Positions 51,169 to 59,548 of a DNA stretch of 64,000 nt are shown here, piece by piece; the first letter of the stretch is position 1, and each line of letters starts with the position of its first letter. The translations under genes and the position numbers were made by a program. A model generated the notes under the pieces. That model was not told the origin of the DNA. It ran no database searches and worked only from the letters and a program-made list of their open reading frames with translations. Source of the stretch: a virus; the IMG/VR virus record IMGVR_UViG_3300047299_000067, positions 1 through 64,000 of that record. One strand, given 5' to 3'.

Positions 51169-51192
51169 AAAAAAGGACTCCGAAGAGTCCTT
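51167..51192 (-). terminator. Rho-independent terminator with C(UUCG)G tetraloop
   Basis: AAGGACTC-TTCG-GAGTCCTT followed by a T-run. Confidence 0.9.
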
Positions 51193-51214
51193 AAAATACT
51201 TAAAGGAGATTTTA

Positions 51215-52420
51215 TTATGCAGTAACTTTGTCGTCGTAATGTGCAGTAACACCAAACGGAGATTGGATAGTGTCGTTGCCATGCACGACAAACAGCGTGT
51301 CGCAGTAGTTTTCGTCGCCCCAGCTACCGCATGGGTAACCGTCTGTAAACATGATAAACTGCTTTGGCACAATGTCGTTAGCCTTCATATACTCGAACGC
51401 ACAATCAAAGTCTGTACCACCACCACCCATAGGTTCGTAGTCGTAAATGTCTTCACCGTTGTCGTCGGAGAATGTAACAGGGTTATACACTTCGGTGTCA
51501 AAGCTATAAACATGGATGCTATAAGTTGCATACATATCCATCATGCCTTTAACTTCGCTCAAAAAGTCTTGTGCCATAGCTTGGCTAATAGAACCCGACA
51601 TGTCAATGGCAATTGCCACATCCAAATGTTCTTGCGGCAACATGCCTGGCAACACTGCACCGGTATGCCAAGCCTTACGGCTTGGACGCATAAAGGAATA
51701 GTTGTTCTTCAAACTAGATTCCAATTGGATACGCAACAGATCTTGCCAACGCATTTTTGGCGCAGTAAATTGTTGGATAAGTCGACGAATGCCTGCAGGA
51801 GTATTACCTGCGCCAGCAGCCTGGGCACTTTGCAAAACAGCTTCTTTCATCTCGTCGCGAATCTTCTTCATAGTTTCTTCGTCGATTTTGATGCCCGAGC
51901 TTTTGCTCTTGCCGTCGCTACTACCTTTTTCGTTGCCGTCTTTATCTTCGCCTTCTTTGCCAGAGCCGTCCATGTGCATGTCCAAAGTAACTTGGATTTT
52001 GACAGCGTTCTTTACCAACTCGTCGTACACTTCTTCGGCAGTCATGTCGCGATATTTTGTATCGTGCAAAATTTGCACAGCGGTGATCTTTTTACCTACG
52101 CTATTTTGGATCAACATGTCGTTGATGAGATAGTCACCTGCCATGTTCCAAATTTGAGGATCACGGTCGCCTCGTCGTCCCATGTGGTTATAAACGCAAT
52201 GACCGACTTCGTGTCCAAACAAGAACACTAGTTCGTCGTCGTCTAGTTTATTGATAAAATCTGTGCAGTAGTAAAAATGGCGACCATCTGTTGCGGCAGT
52301 AGAACACCAATCACTAGCTTCTACTAGCTTCATGCGGGTTGCCAAGTTGCCCCAAAACGGATGCTTGAGTAGCATACGAACACGGGCTTTTGTCAGGCGG
52401 TCTCGAACGTCAAGTTTCAT
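51215..52420 (-). CDS. Putative metallopeptidase + VWA domain protein (DUF2201-like), MoxR partner
   Basis: TAATDG, HEVGH (HExxH), WNMAGD; VWA MIDAS DMSGS, GGGGTDF, FTDG. Confidence 0.88.
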   Translation of the reverse strand: MKLDVRDRLTKARVRMLLKHPFWGNLATRMKLVEASDWCSTAATDGRHFYYCTDFINKLDDDELVFLFGHEVGHCVYNHMGRRGDRDPQIWNMAGDYLINDMLIQNSVGKKITAVQILHDTKYRDMTAEEVYDELVKNAVKIQVTLDMHMDGSGKEGEDKDGNEKGSSDGKSKSSGIKIDEETMKKIRDEMKEAVLQSAQAAGAGNTPAGIRRLIQQFTAPKMRWQDLLRIQLESSLKNNYSFMRPSRKAWHTGAVLPGMLPQEHLDVAIAIDMSGSISQAMAQDFLSEVKGMMDMYATYSIHVYSFDTEVYNPVTFSDDNGEDIYDYEPMGGGGTDFDCAFEYMKANDIVPKQFIMFTDGYPCGSWGDENYCDTLFVVHGNDTIQSPFGVTAHYDDKVTA

Positions 52421-52442
52421 ATGAATTCCTTAGTAATGCTTT

Positions 52443-52471
52443 ATTATATAGCCAAGTTGAATTTGTGTCAA
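52443..52471 (-). promoter_or_regulatory. Sigma70 promoter TTGACA-N17-TATAAT
   Basis: Perfect consensus. Confidence 0.88.
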
Positions 52472-52728
52472 TTAAATGTAGATTGCAACATTTTGATAAG
52501 TTTCTCGCAACCTTCTTGATTCATGGTAAGTGTAACATCATAACCATCTCCCAAAACGGTAAGGGTTGTTTTGTTATCATTAGTTAAACCTACTCGGTAA
52601 GGTTCTTGATTTGCAGTTTCTTGATATTTAGGCATAATAGGCACCTTCCACGGCCCAGGTAGTCCATAAGTTTCGTTAGCTTGTTCGATAAGCTCTTTAG
52701 CTGTACGCTTGCGAAAAAAATCAAACAT
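52468..52728 (-). CDS. Hypothetical protein
   Basis: ORF with GGAG RBS. Confidence 0.65.
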   Translation of the reverse strand: MFDFFRKRTAKELIEQANETYGLPGPWKVPIMPKYQETANQEPYRVGLTNDNKTTLTVLGDGYDVTLTMNQEGCEKLIKMLQSTFN

Positions 52729-52885
52729 CTTCGTTACTCCATGTAATAGTTACGCGAAACTCTCCTTGCCGAAATCCATGTTCATCTTTAGGAATCTCTG
52801 CAAAGTCCTTTTCCAATGCCCAACGAATATCTTCGTCGATATCAACAAGGCTTTCGTCAGAATAGTGTCGATCAAAAATAATCAT
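52721..52885 (-). CDS. Small hypothetical protein (54 aa, MIIFDRHYSDES...), absent from the ORF track
   Basis: Translated by hand; GGAG RBS; overlaps the next gene. Confidence 0.6.
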   Translation of the reverse strand: MIIFDRHYSDESLVDIDEDIRWALEKDFAEIPKDEHGFRQGEFRVTITWSNEDV

Positions 52886-52984
52886 TCTTCAACTCCAAAA
52901 TGTTTCTTAATTACAAATCTTTTGCAATAGCAACACCTACTGCTACCCAAATAAGAATGGCTACGAAAAACACCAATGCTCCCA

Positions 52985-53185
52985 TCATTTAATCCCAAAA
53001 TAATCTTTAATCATAGGTCCAGGGTATTCGCCGCCGTCGTATGCATAGTTACCTACCACAACGCATTTACGAATAATCAATTCCGCAAATAACTCTAAGT
53101 CTGGTTGAGCAAACGGAATTTCATTTCCCAGCCTATCGTATTTTCTAGTAGATTCTTCTAGTAAAGTTTGCAAGTTAGCATTCAT
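52985..53185 (-). CDS. Small phage protein, FAELI..C..IK..FG family
   Basis: LELFAELIIRKC..IKDYFGIK. Confidence 0.7.
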   Translation of the reverse strand: MNANLQTLLEESTRKYDRLGNEIPFAQPDLELFAELIIRKCVVVGNYAYDGGEYPGPMIKDYFGIK

Positions 53186-53394
53186 TTGATTGCATTCCAC
53201 ATGCTTTTAACCATGACTATCGCTAGTCCACTAGCAACAATACCCATTGGAATTACCACTAACACCATTGGGATAATTTCTTTCATTTCACACATGTAAA
53301 TCCTTTCGCCATATGAGAGCCAAGTAGTGCAAGAATACCTAGCATACCAAATGCAACAAAACAAACAAATAAAAAATCAATCATTCTTCGATCC

Positions 53395-53730
53395 TCAACT
53401 GTAATGCACAAATGTCATTAATTTAAATGGTTCATACATAAACTTTTCAAACTCAGGAAACTTAGCAATGAATTCTTTCCTGTATTTGAGTTCAAGTTCT
53501 CCGAGCTTTTGAATATCAATCTCAACGAACGTATCTTCCATATCTCCCCAACGAAGATTTCCGCTGTCGTATAGAACATTACCAAAGATCATGTATTCGC
53601 CGCATATGCTTTCAAGTAAGACAAACGGGGTATCATTGTCATCATATACTTCATCATATGCTTGGGCAAAATCATCGTTCCATTCGGTTTTGACACCGTG
53701 CATGGTATAGTAGTGAGTATCGATTCCCAT
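53395..53730 (-). CDS. Hypothetical protein
   Basis: ORF coupled to the upstream gene. Confidence 0.7.
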   Translation of the reverse strand: MGIDTHYYTMHGVKTEWNDDFAQAYDEVYDDNDTPFVLLESICGEYMIFGNVLYDSGNLRWGDMEDTFVEIDIQKLGELELKYRKEFIAKFPEFEKFMYEPFKLMTFVHYS

Positions 53731-54101
53731 TATTCTTCAATCCCAAAGTTACGTTTAATCATGGTTGATGATTTTATAGCACCAAGTCTAAACCATTTTG
53801 CACGAATAGCAGTAAAGCTATATTCTGCATTGTTTCCTTGCTCTTGTGCAATATTAGCACACTCTTGGATTAAAAGTTTTGCAAATTCATCTATCGACGT
53901 ACCGACGAGTGCAGGGATTAGTTCATTACCGTCTTCGTCTTGTGCAAGACCGCCTACTTCTTCTAGCAACTTTCGAATCTTAGAATCTCTCAATGATTGG
54001 TTTCGAACTTTAACAAACGCTTTGTAATCTTCTTGGTTACCGATGCTATAACCAAAGTCGCCTGCATGAATCTCTGCTCCTGCTTTAATGTTTTCGTTCA
54101 T
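53730..54101 (-). CDS. Small phage protein, FAELI..C..IK..FG family
   Basis: MNENIK..IDEFAKLLIQECA..IKRNFGIEE. Confidence 0.7.
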   Translation of the reverse strand: MNENIKAGAEIHAGDFGYSIGNQEDYKAFVKVRNQSLRDSKIRKLLEEVGGLAQDEDGNELIPALVGTSIDEFAKLLIQECANIAQEQGNNAEYSFTAIRAKWFRLGAIKSSTMIKRNFGIEE

Positions 54102-54102
54102 A

Positions 54103-54376
54103 TTAAATACCAAACTTTAATTTAAATGCAAACGCATCCTCGAGATTCTTAAACCAAATAGTATCATACCCTAACGGTGCGTAAAAGTCTAAACCTCTGA
54201 GACAAATTTCTCGTTGCCAAAGACTGAACTCTGTTCTCATAGTCGGTAACAAACGAGCTGTATGCCATTTGCCTTTTGCACGTTGATAATACTGCTCTAA
54301 TTCTTGTCTGGTGATATCTAGCCGGCCGAACACACTTCTAACATACTCGTTATCGCCATATACCACCGACAACACA
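54103..54376 (-). CDS. Hypothetical protein; start uncertain and probably downstream of the hairpin
   Basis: C-terminal IWFKNLEDAFAFKLKFG is typical of small jumbo-phage proteins. The ORF-track start overlaps the AAA gene and the hairpin. Confidence 0.5.
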
Positions 54377-54386
54377 TAAGGACTAA

Positions 54387-54409
54387 GGGGGACTAAGTTA
54401 TAGTCCCCC
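54387..54409 (-). terminator. GC-rich stem-loop after the AAA ATPase (weak terminator or stabiliser)
   Basis: GGGGGACTA-N5-TAGTCCCCC 9-bp stem; imperfect U-tract. Confidence 0.55.
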
Positions 54410-54421
54410 AAAGTAGCGTGC

Positions 54422-55531
54422 TTAGTTGCTGACGTCGACGACAAGGTGTGCATAACGCTTGAAGAAGTCTGGGAAGTTCTTCAGCTTCTTGTGGTCGAAT
54501 GGCAAGTTGTAGTTCTTCAACGCTGTATGGGCACCCATGATAACCATTTCTGGTTCAAAGTTATCCATCATAAACTGGATGAAGAACTCGCATTGACTAT
54601 GCCATGTGTCCAACTTACCAGCCTTCTTAGCGTTTTCGTAACCGTCTTTGAGCTCATAGCACATACCGGTAGTCAAAGAGTACATAGCGGACACTTCTTT
54701 AACTTTGAGCTCTTTGACTTTACCTGCCAAGATGTCTGCAGGGTTAGGCAAGTCTGCGGCAATCTTACGATGTGCCATAAACTTGATAGCCAAGCCTTCG
54801 CCAATACAACCAGCAACCATATCTGTCTGCTCGTTATCGGTCATCTCGTCATCGATCAAGTCCGATACAAAGCTCCAAGAGCGAGGAGTTGCAAAGCTAC
54901 GGTCATGGACTGTAGGATCAAAATTGTAAAGGTCGCCCTTTGCATAGTTCAAGTAACCAACCACGTCCTGGTGGATACGGTTTTGCAGTGCCCACACGTT
55001 CCAGTCTGCAAAGTCCACGCGAAGTTCAAAGTGAACAAAGCGGTTAGCCAGCGGAGTAGGCATACGATAAGTAACACCTTTGTCTGTCATACGGTTACCT
55101 GCCGCCATAATAACAACGTTATCTGGTAGTTCGTAAGTACCCACCTTGCGGTTAAGAATCAGCTGGTAGGCTGCACTTTGCACGGCAGGAGGAGCACCTG
55201 CCAGTTCGTCCAAGAACAGAACAACAACTGGATGCTGTGCCGCAAATTCTTTAGTAGGCAACTCGCTCGGAGGAGCCCACGACATAGTGTTCTCTTTAGA
55301 GTTGTAATACGGGATACCTTTAATGTCAGTAGGTTCCCACAAGTTCAAACGCACGTCGACAAGTGCGCCGCCCATCTCTTGTGCCAATTGAGCAGCTAGG
55401 TCGGACTTACCGACGCCTGGAGGACCCCACATGAACACGGGGCGCTTGGCTTTCATTGCACGACGAACCAGTCGCTTTGCTTCGCTAATTTTAACTGTGC
55501 GACCTTCGGTCACTGCATCTTTCTTTGCCAT
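54422..55531 (-). CDS. MoxR-like AAA+ ATPase
   Basis: Walker A GPPGVGKS, Walker B LFLDE, AAGN sensor, PLANRF, TPRSW. Confidence 0.92.
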   Translation of the reverse strand: MAKKDAVTEGRTVKISEAKRLVRRAMKAKRPVFMWGPPGVGKSDLAAQLAQEMGGALVDVRLNLWEPTDIKGIPYYNSKENTMSWAPPSELPTKEFAAQHPVVVLFLDELAGAPPAVQSAAYQLILNRKVGTYELPDNVVIMAAGNRMTDKGVTYRMPTPLANRFVHFELRVDFADWNVWALQNRIHQDVVGYLNYAKGDLYNFDPTVHDRSFATPRSWSFVSDLIDDEMTDNEQTDMVAGCIGEGLAIKFMAHRKIAADLPNPADILAGKVKELKVKEVSAMYSLTTGMCYELKDGYENAKKAGKLDTWHSQCEFFIQFMMDNFEPEMVIMGAHTALKNYNLPFDHKKLKNFPDFFKRYAHLVVDVSN

Positions 55532-55568
55532 TGCATTTACTCCTTAAAAATGTTTTTGCAATATGTAT

Positions 55569-55597
55569 ATTATACGAGAACGGGGATTTTGTGTCTA
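55569..55597 (-). promoter_or_regulatory. Sigma70 promoter TAGACA-N17-TATAAT
   Basis: Read directly. Confidence 0.8.
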
Positions 55598-55599
55598 TT

Positions 55600-56019
55600 T
55601 TAGACTGTTAATTCGTAAGCAGTATTCCACTTACCAACATTGATGTCGATGTAATGCGAACGATGGAAATAGTCACTTTGAATGTCGCTGTGATCAAAGA
55701 AATCAGGACCTTTCAATGCAGTAACCATCTCTGCCAAAAATTCTTTGGCGTCACCATCGAACTGCTCTTGAAACCAAGAAGTGTTCACATCGATATGGTC
55801 ACGAGCAGGACGGAAGTCTTGCGGGTTAGCCATATAACGAGTAGATTCGCTCACTACTCGATTGTAGTTGCCGATGAAGTCAATCTTCCCGGATTTGATG
55901 TTCAGGACCAATGTGCTGTGATTGCGAACAGCGATAGAACCTTTGACGCCGTATTTCTTGCAAATAGCTTTGATTTGCGGTGCCAATTTTGCTTTCATTT
56001 CCTGGGAGACATAAGCCAT
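55600..56019 (-). CDS. Hypothetical phage early protein
   Basis: AGGAG RBS; MAYVSQEMKAKLAP..DHSDIQSDYF..INVGKW. Confidence 0.8.
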   Translation of the reverse strand: MAYVSQEMKAKLAPQIKAICKKYGVKGSIAVRNHSTLVLNIKSGKIDFIGNYNRVVSESTRYMANPQDFRPARDHIDVNTSWFQEQFDGDAKEFLAEMVTALKGPDFFDHSDIQSDYFHRSHYIDINVGKWNTAYELTV

Positions 56020-56051
56020 CTTCAACTCCTGTTTTGTTACGCTATGTATCT

Positions 56052-56080
56052 ATTATAACGTAACTTCTATTTTGTGTCAA
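56052..56080 (-). promoter_or_regulatory. Sigma70 promoter TTGACA-N17-TATAAT
   Basis: Perfect consensus. Confidence 0.88.
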
Positions 56081-56164
56081 TTAATGGTTTAACGCTTTGC
56101 CGCCGTATGGATTAAACCAGTGGGCGTAAAAGTAATTAGGCCACCAGTGGAGCTGGGAATGGGT

Positions 56165-56416
56165 TTAGGCAAGGCAGTTTGCATGTAATACTTTTTTGTT
56201 AGTTTGTTTGAACGTAAACTCTCGGTCTACGTAATATTTGATTAGTTCGCGTTGAATCATAGTAAGCAAGTCACCTTGATCGTCATTGACGACAAAACGA
56301 ACAGGACAACGTCCCCACGTGCGGTTCTCGTTGAAATCCGCAAACCACTTGCGATGATCTTTATTTTTTGCGTCAAAGATCACATAAGGACGACCGTGTA
56401 TCTGTAGCCTACTCAT
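56165..56416 (-). CDS. Hypothetical protein
   Basis: RPYVIFDAKNKDHR..WGRCPVRF. Confidence 0.75.
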   Translation of the reverse strand: MSRLQIHGRPYVIFDAKNKDHRKWFADFNENRTWGRCPVRFVVNDDQGDLLTMIQRELIKYYVDREFTFKQTNKKVLHANCLA

Positions 56417-56481
56417 GAAGTATCCTAAAATTAAGGTTAGTGTAAAGTGTGCGGGGGAATTTCACCCCCGTAGTGCAGGGG

Positions 56482-56742
56482 TTACTCGCCTTGAGCGGCG
56501 GCAACGACATCTTCTGCGGAAGTGTCGGTATCTGCTGGTACTGCAAACAGGTTGTTTGCGCGGGCATAAGCAATGCCTGCTTCCTTAGTCATAGCCTCGG
56601 GCAGCTCGAACAAGTCGACTGCGGTATGACCGTTCTTGACCAAATTCTTAATTCGGGTTGCAAGGTCGTTTGCAAAACGAACTTTGGTCTTGCCGTTAAG
56701 GGTAGAAATACCGATAACCTTAAAAGTTTTACTAGTAGCCAT
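56482..56742 (-). CDS. Hypothetical phage protein
   Basis: AAGG RBS; FKVIGIS..KVRFAND..KNGHT..LPEAMTK. Confidence 0.75.
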   Translation of the reverse strand: MATSKTFKVIGISTLNGKTKVRFANDLATRIKNLVKNGHTAVDLFELPEAMTKEAGIAYARANNLFAVPADTDTSAEDVVAAAQGE

Positions 56743-56806
56743 GTTAATTACCTTTTCTCTCTGTGTGTAAAAATGTATGGATTGCACTATTGCTCACCAT
56801 ACCTCT

Positions 56807-56835
56807 ATTATGCAGTCAAAACCAATTTGTGTCAA
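56807..56835 (-). promoter_or_regulatory. Sigma70 promoter TTGACA-N17-CATAAT
   Basis: Read directly. Confidence 0.75.
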
Positions 56836-56974
56836 TATCTTTACGTGCGAACTTTTTACGGTCGTAAACACGTTGATTTTTTTCACTTTTTGGCTTGAAC
56901 TGCCCGTCATGAAACAAGAAGTCAGCACGGCGCTTCTGTTTTGGCAGTTTAGCAGTGATAGTTTCTCGTTTCAT
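56816..56974 (-). CDS. Small basic protein (52 aa, MKRETITAKLPKQKRR...), absent from the ORF track
   Basis: Translated by hand; GGAG RBS; own promoter. Confidence 0.65.
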   Translation of the reverse strand: MKRETITAKLPKQKRRADFLFHDGQFKPKSEKNQRVYDRKKFARKDIDTNWF

Positions 56975-56994
56975 AATTCTCTCCAATTTCAATA

Positions 56995-57023
56995 ATTATA
57001 TTAGATTATTTATTTTGTGTCAA
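56995..57023 (-). promoter_or_regulatory. Sigma70 promoter TTGACA-N17-TATAAT
   Basis: Perfect consensus. Confidence 0.85.
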
Positions 57024-57258
57024 ATTTTGATTGGATCTTTTGGATAACCAAACGTGCATCCTTGTAAGGATCTGCGAGTTCTTCTTGGGCTTCGTCGATC
57101 ATTGCTAGTGCAAGCAACTTCATCAAACCCTGGGCTAACTCAAGTTCATAGTCGTCCAATGTCTCCATCCAATCCAAATATTCATCTTTGGTTTTAAAAT
57201 TCCAAATAATGTCAAGCATATCAACTTGCTCAGCAGTCAGTCCATCAATTTTAATCAT
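57010..57258 (-). CDS. Hypothetical protein
   Basis: ORF with AAGGA RBS. Confidence 0.7.
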   Translation of the reverse strand: MIKIDGLTAEQVDMLDIIWNFKTKDEYLDWMETLDDYELELAQGLMKLLALAMIDEAQEELADPYKDARLVIQKIQSKFDTK

Positions 57259-57267
57259 ATTATTCCT

Positions 57268-57663
57268 TTACCAGAAAAAAGGTTCGTGCGTTGTATCTCC
57301 ACGCAATACCATCATTACATCTTCTTCTTCAGTGTATACCAAATTGTGTTCGACTAAAATTTTTCGACGTTCTGCTTCGCCCATTTTAATCCACAAGTCA
57401 ACGTTCTTAAAACTTCCGCGGGCAACTTCTGGCATTTCGTTGAACATCCAACTTGCCAATTTTTTAAGTTCTGCGACAGAATTGCCGGGGTGCGAATGTA
57501 GCATTGCTCTGAGATAGTCATTGGCCATTACCGCAGTAAAAAAACTACCTGGCTCAAAACCAAACACCAAATAGTTGTAGACAGGATCTAAATAATCTTT
57601 ACAAATTTCATACTTCGCTAAAGATTCTAGAAAACGATTACGGCTATGCGGAGCTAATTTCAT
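57268..57663 (-). CDS. Hypothetical phage protein
   Basis: YLVFGFEPGSFFTAVMAND motif; start inferred at 57663. Confidence 0.7.
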   Translation of the reverse strand: MKLAPHSRNRFLESLAKYEICKDYLDPVYNYLVFGFEPGSFFTAVMANDYLRAMLHSHPGNSVAELKKLASWMFNEMPEVARGSFKNVDLWIKMGEAERRKILVEHNLVYTEEEDVMMVLRGDTTHEPFFW

Positions 57664-57664
57664 A

Positions 57665-57994
57665 TTACCACCCAACTTGAATGCCATAGTTTTGATACAA
57701 CGGGCCACTACCATCATCTTCTGCAATTCCGCGAGGAACATACTTGTTGCCGTCGTTGCAAACACGGGCACGATAACCCAACTCTACAAGTTTATCAACG
57801 ACTGCACGATCCAATGGTGTGAGTTTATTCTCGACGTATTCGTAGGGACCCACACTACCAATGCAGATGAATGCAAACCGTTTGCCACCTTTTGCGGCAT
57901 CAATGATTTTTTGTTCAACGTGATGTTTGAGATATTCTGTAACCTCTGCACCAGATTCGTCATACAGTTGTTTGGCTTGTTTTGCATCAATCAT
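57665..57994 (-). CDS. Hypothetical protein
   Basis: ATGA coupling; GGAG RBS. Confidence 0.7.
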   Translation of the reverse strand: MIDAKQAKQLYDESGAEVTEYLKHHVEQKIIDAAKGGKRFAFICIGSVGPYEYVENKLTPLDRAVVDKLVELGYRARVCNDGNKYVPRGIAEDDGSGPLYQNYGIQVGW

Positions 57995-58221
57995 TCTTCA
58001 ACTCCGAAATGTTTCTTAACCTGTTTACACGCAACATATAGCACATCTTCTGGATCTGGTCCTTCCAACTCAGTCATGTCAGCATTAGCCGCAATATTCA
58101 AACATTCCCGTACAATCAACTCGGCGAACTTTTCTACATCAAAACCAAGGGATCTCATAGCTGCCTTGTTTATCATGTCATAGCCAGCAACCTTTGCCAA
58201 TGTTTCAATTCGTTCGTTCAT
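57991..58221 (-). CDS. Small phage protein, MNERI..FAELIVREC..HFGVEE family
   Basis: Motifs read directly. Confidence 0.75.
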   Translation of the reverse strand: MNERIETLAKVAGYDMINKAAMRSLGFDVEKFAELIVRECLNIAANADMTELEGPDPEDVLYVACKQVKKHFGVEE

Positions 58222-58397
58222 ACTGATTCCTCAAAACTTTCCAAATCACAACCTTTAACTTCACACCACACTTTAGTGGGATTTTCCACCAAAGCAAACT
58301 GATGCCAGTAACCGTTCCCGCTGAGATTGTCACCCAGATAGATCAAACGCTCGGGTTGACCTTTCCAATTATAACGACCACCAATAGTAAATTTCAT
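58218..58397 (-). CDS. Small hypothetical protein (59 aa, MKFTIGGRYNWKGQPERL...)
   Basis: Translated by hand; ATGA-coupled at both ends. Confidence 0.65.
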   Translation of the reverse strand: MKFTIGGRYNWKGQPERLIYLGDNLSGNGYWHQFALVENPTKVWCEVKGCDLESFEESV

Positions 58398-58600
58398 TCC
58401 AATTCTCCTGTTTGATCATTGACCCGACCAAGGTAGACAGCCTTCTTAGCAATGCCAACAAATTCAGCAATGGCGTTGAATTGTTTAACATATTTCTCTG
58501 CTTTTTTCTGCTTATCAAAGACCACAGGAACAACCCACTTCATAGTTGATTCACCGTTCGCCACGGGGTGGACTTGGACGATGTGTTTGTAGGTGGTCAT
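58394..58600 (-). CDS. Hypothetical protein
   Basis: ORF in a coupled string. Confidence 0.65.
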   Translation of the reverse strand: MTTYKHIVQVHPVANGESTMKWVVPVVFDKQKKAEKYVKQFNAIAEFVGIAKKAVYLGRVNDQTGELE

Positions 58601-58601
58601 T

Positions 58602-58757
58602 TTACGCTTTCGGTTCTACACTAGAAATCTTAACACCCGGAGTGATGTGATAGTTACGAGCAATGGATTTAGCTTGACGAACAGAGTCCGCAAACACGGT
58701 ACAGCCCAGACGCTCAGAACCATCTGCATCAGTGATATAAACTTTGTATTCTTTCAT
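58602..58757 (-). CDS. Small hypothetical protein (MKEYKVYITD...)
   Basis: Start reassigned because the upstream sequence codes in another frame. Confidence 0.55.
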   Translation of the reverse strand: MKEYKVYITDADGSERLGCTVFADSVRQAKSIARNYHITPGVKISSVEPKA

Positions 58758-58758
58758 T

Positions 58759-58923
58759 TCAGTTTTCTTCTGTGTAGATTTCGCAAATTTCGTAATGGTT
58801 GTCAGCAAAGTCCAAAGCTTCGTTCTCAGTATCAAAGCGACCAAGTTCCTGTCCGATCCAACGCTCCGGACCAGTGCCATCAATATCAGCGCCCCACTCT
58901 ACTTGATAAACTACGAATTTCAT
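58759..58923 (-). CDS. Small hypothetical protein (54 aa, MKFVVYQVEWGADID...)
   Basis: Translated by hand; ATGA-coupled. Confidence 0.6.
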   Translation of the reverse strand: MKFVVYQVEWGADIDGTGPERWIGQELGRFDTENEALDFADNHYEICEIYTEEN

Positions 58924-59102
58924 TGTGCGGCTTCCTTACGAGTTTTGAACGGGCCTGCGATTTTAGTGAAACCTTCTTGTGCGTGGTATTGAGCCAATGT
59001 CAAACGACCTTCGATTTGACTTGCATTTTCGGCCCAACGATGCACCGTCTCTGTGCCATCCTGTTTCTGAACCCGGTACCAAACAAAACGCAGATAGCTC
59101 AT
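58920..59102 (-). CDS. Small hypothetical protein (MSYLRFVWYR...)
   Basis: GAGGAG RBS before the ATG at 59102. Confidence 0.6.
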   Translation of the reverse strand: MSYLRFVWYRVQKQDGTETVHRWAENASQIEGRLTLAQYHAQEGFTKIAGPFKTRKEAAQ

Positions 59103-59119
59103 TTTAAGACTCCTCGCAG

Positions 59120-59263
59120 TTAAACATAGTTCCAGTTCAGCAAATCGTCTTGGACTTGCAGGAAGCCGGCAGTGTATCCTGCACCAACCCAAAACTTTAC
59201 AGAGCGATACGTGCGCCCATCTTGTCCTTGCCATTCATTGCTAACAACTTGGTTTTGGGGCAT
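59120..59263 (-). CDS. Small hypothetical protein (47 aa, MPQNQVVSNEW...)
   Basis: AGGAG RBS and own promoter. Confidence 0.6.
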   Translation of the reverse strand: MPQNQVVSNEWQGQDGRTYRSVKFWVGAGYTAGFLQVQDDLLNWNYV

Positions 59264-59295
59264 TTCTAACTCCTGTTTTGCTTTGCTATGTATCA

Positions 59296-59324
59296 ATTAT
59301 AACATAGGTGCCAATTTGTGCCAA
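59296..59324 (-). promoter_or_regulatory. Sigma70 promoter TTGGCA-N17-TATAAT
   Basis: Read directly. Confidence 0.8.
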
Positions 59325-59325
59325 T

Positions 59326-59547
59326 TTAGGAATTGTAGATACCAAAACCGCAAATAATCATAGCCACTAAATTCACAGCACCTTGCGGGTAGTTTTTAGT
59401 ACGAATTGCCCACGTTAAAAACAATGATCCGCCTGAAAAACCTAATACTAAATTAAGCGGAAACAAGTCTTTTCTAAACGACATGATTGCATACATAGAA
59501 AGTATACATATTGTCCCTGCCCATTGGATTATTTCGTTTGTTTTCAT
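59326..59547 (-). CDS. Small membrane protein
   Basis: About three hydrophobic segments. Confidence 0.7.
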   Translation of the reverse strand: MKTNEIIQWAGTICILSMYAIMSFRKDLFPLNLVLGFSGGSLFLTWAIRTKNYPQGAVNLVAMIICGFGIYNS

Positions 59548-59548
59548 A

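Noticed and set aside
51131-52231. 366-aa plus-strand ORF
   Set aside because: Antisense shadow of the motif-rich metallopeptidase-VWA gene; no recognisable motifs and implausible composition.
54446-55129. 227-aa plus-strand ORF and other short antisense ORFs in the track
   Set aside because: They lie opposite well-supported genes and are explained by codon bias.
56452-56470. CGGGGG-N7-CCCCCG hairpin as a terminator or ncRNA
   Set aside because: No U-tract and too short to support an RNA gene call; at most an mRNA-stabilising stem.
58602-59234. ORF-track N-terminal extensions (58883 and 59234 starts) and a suspected frameshift at the G-run near 58892
   Set aside because: The region is tiled by shorter RBS-bearing ORFs in other frames, and the run has four G, which keeps the 58923-58759 ORF in frame.
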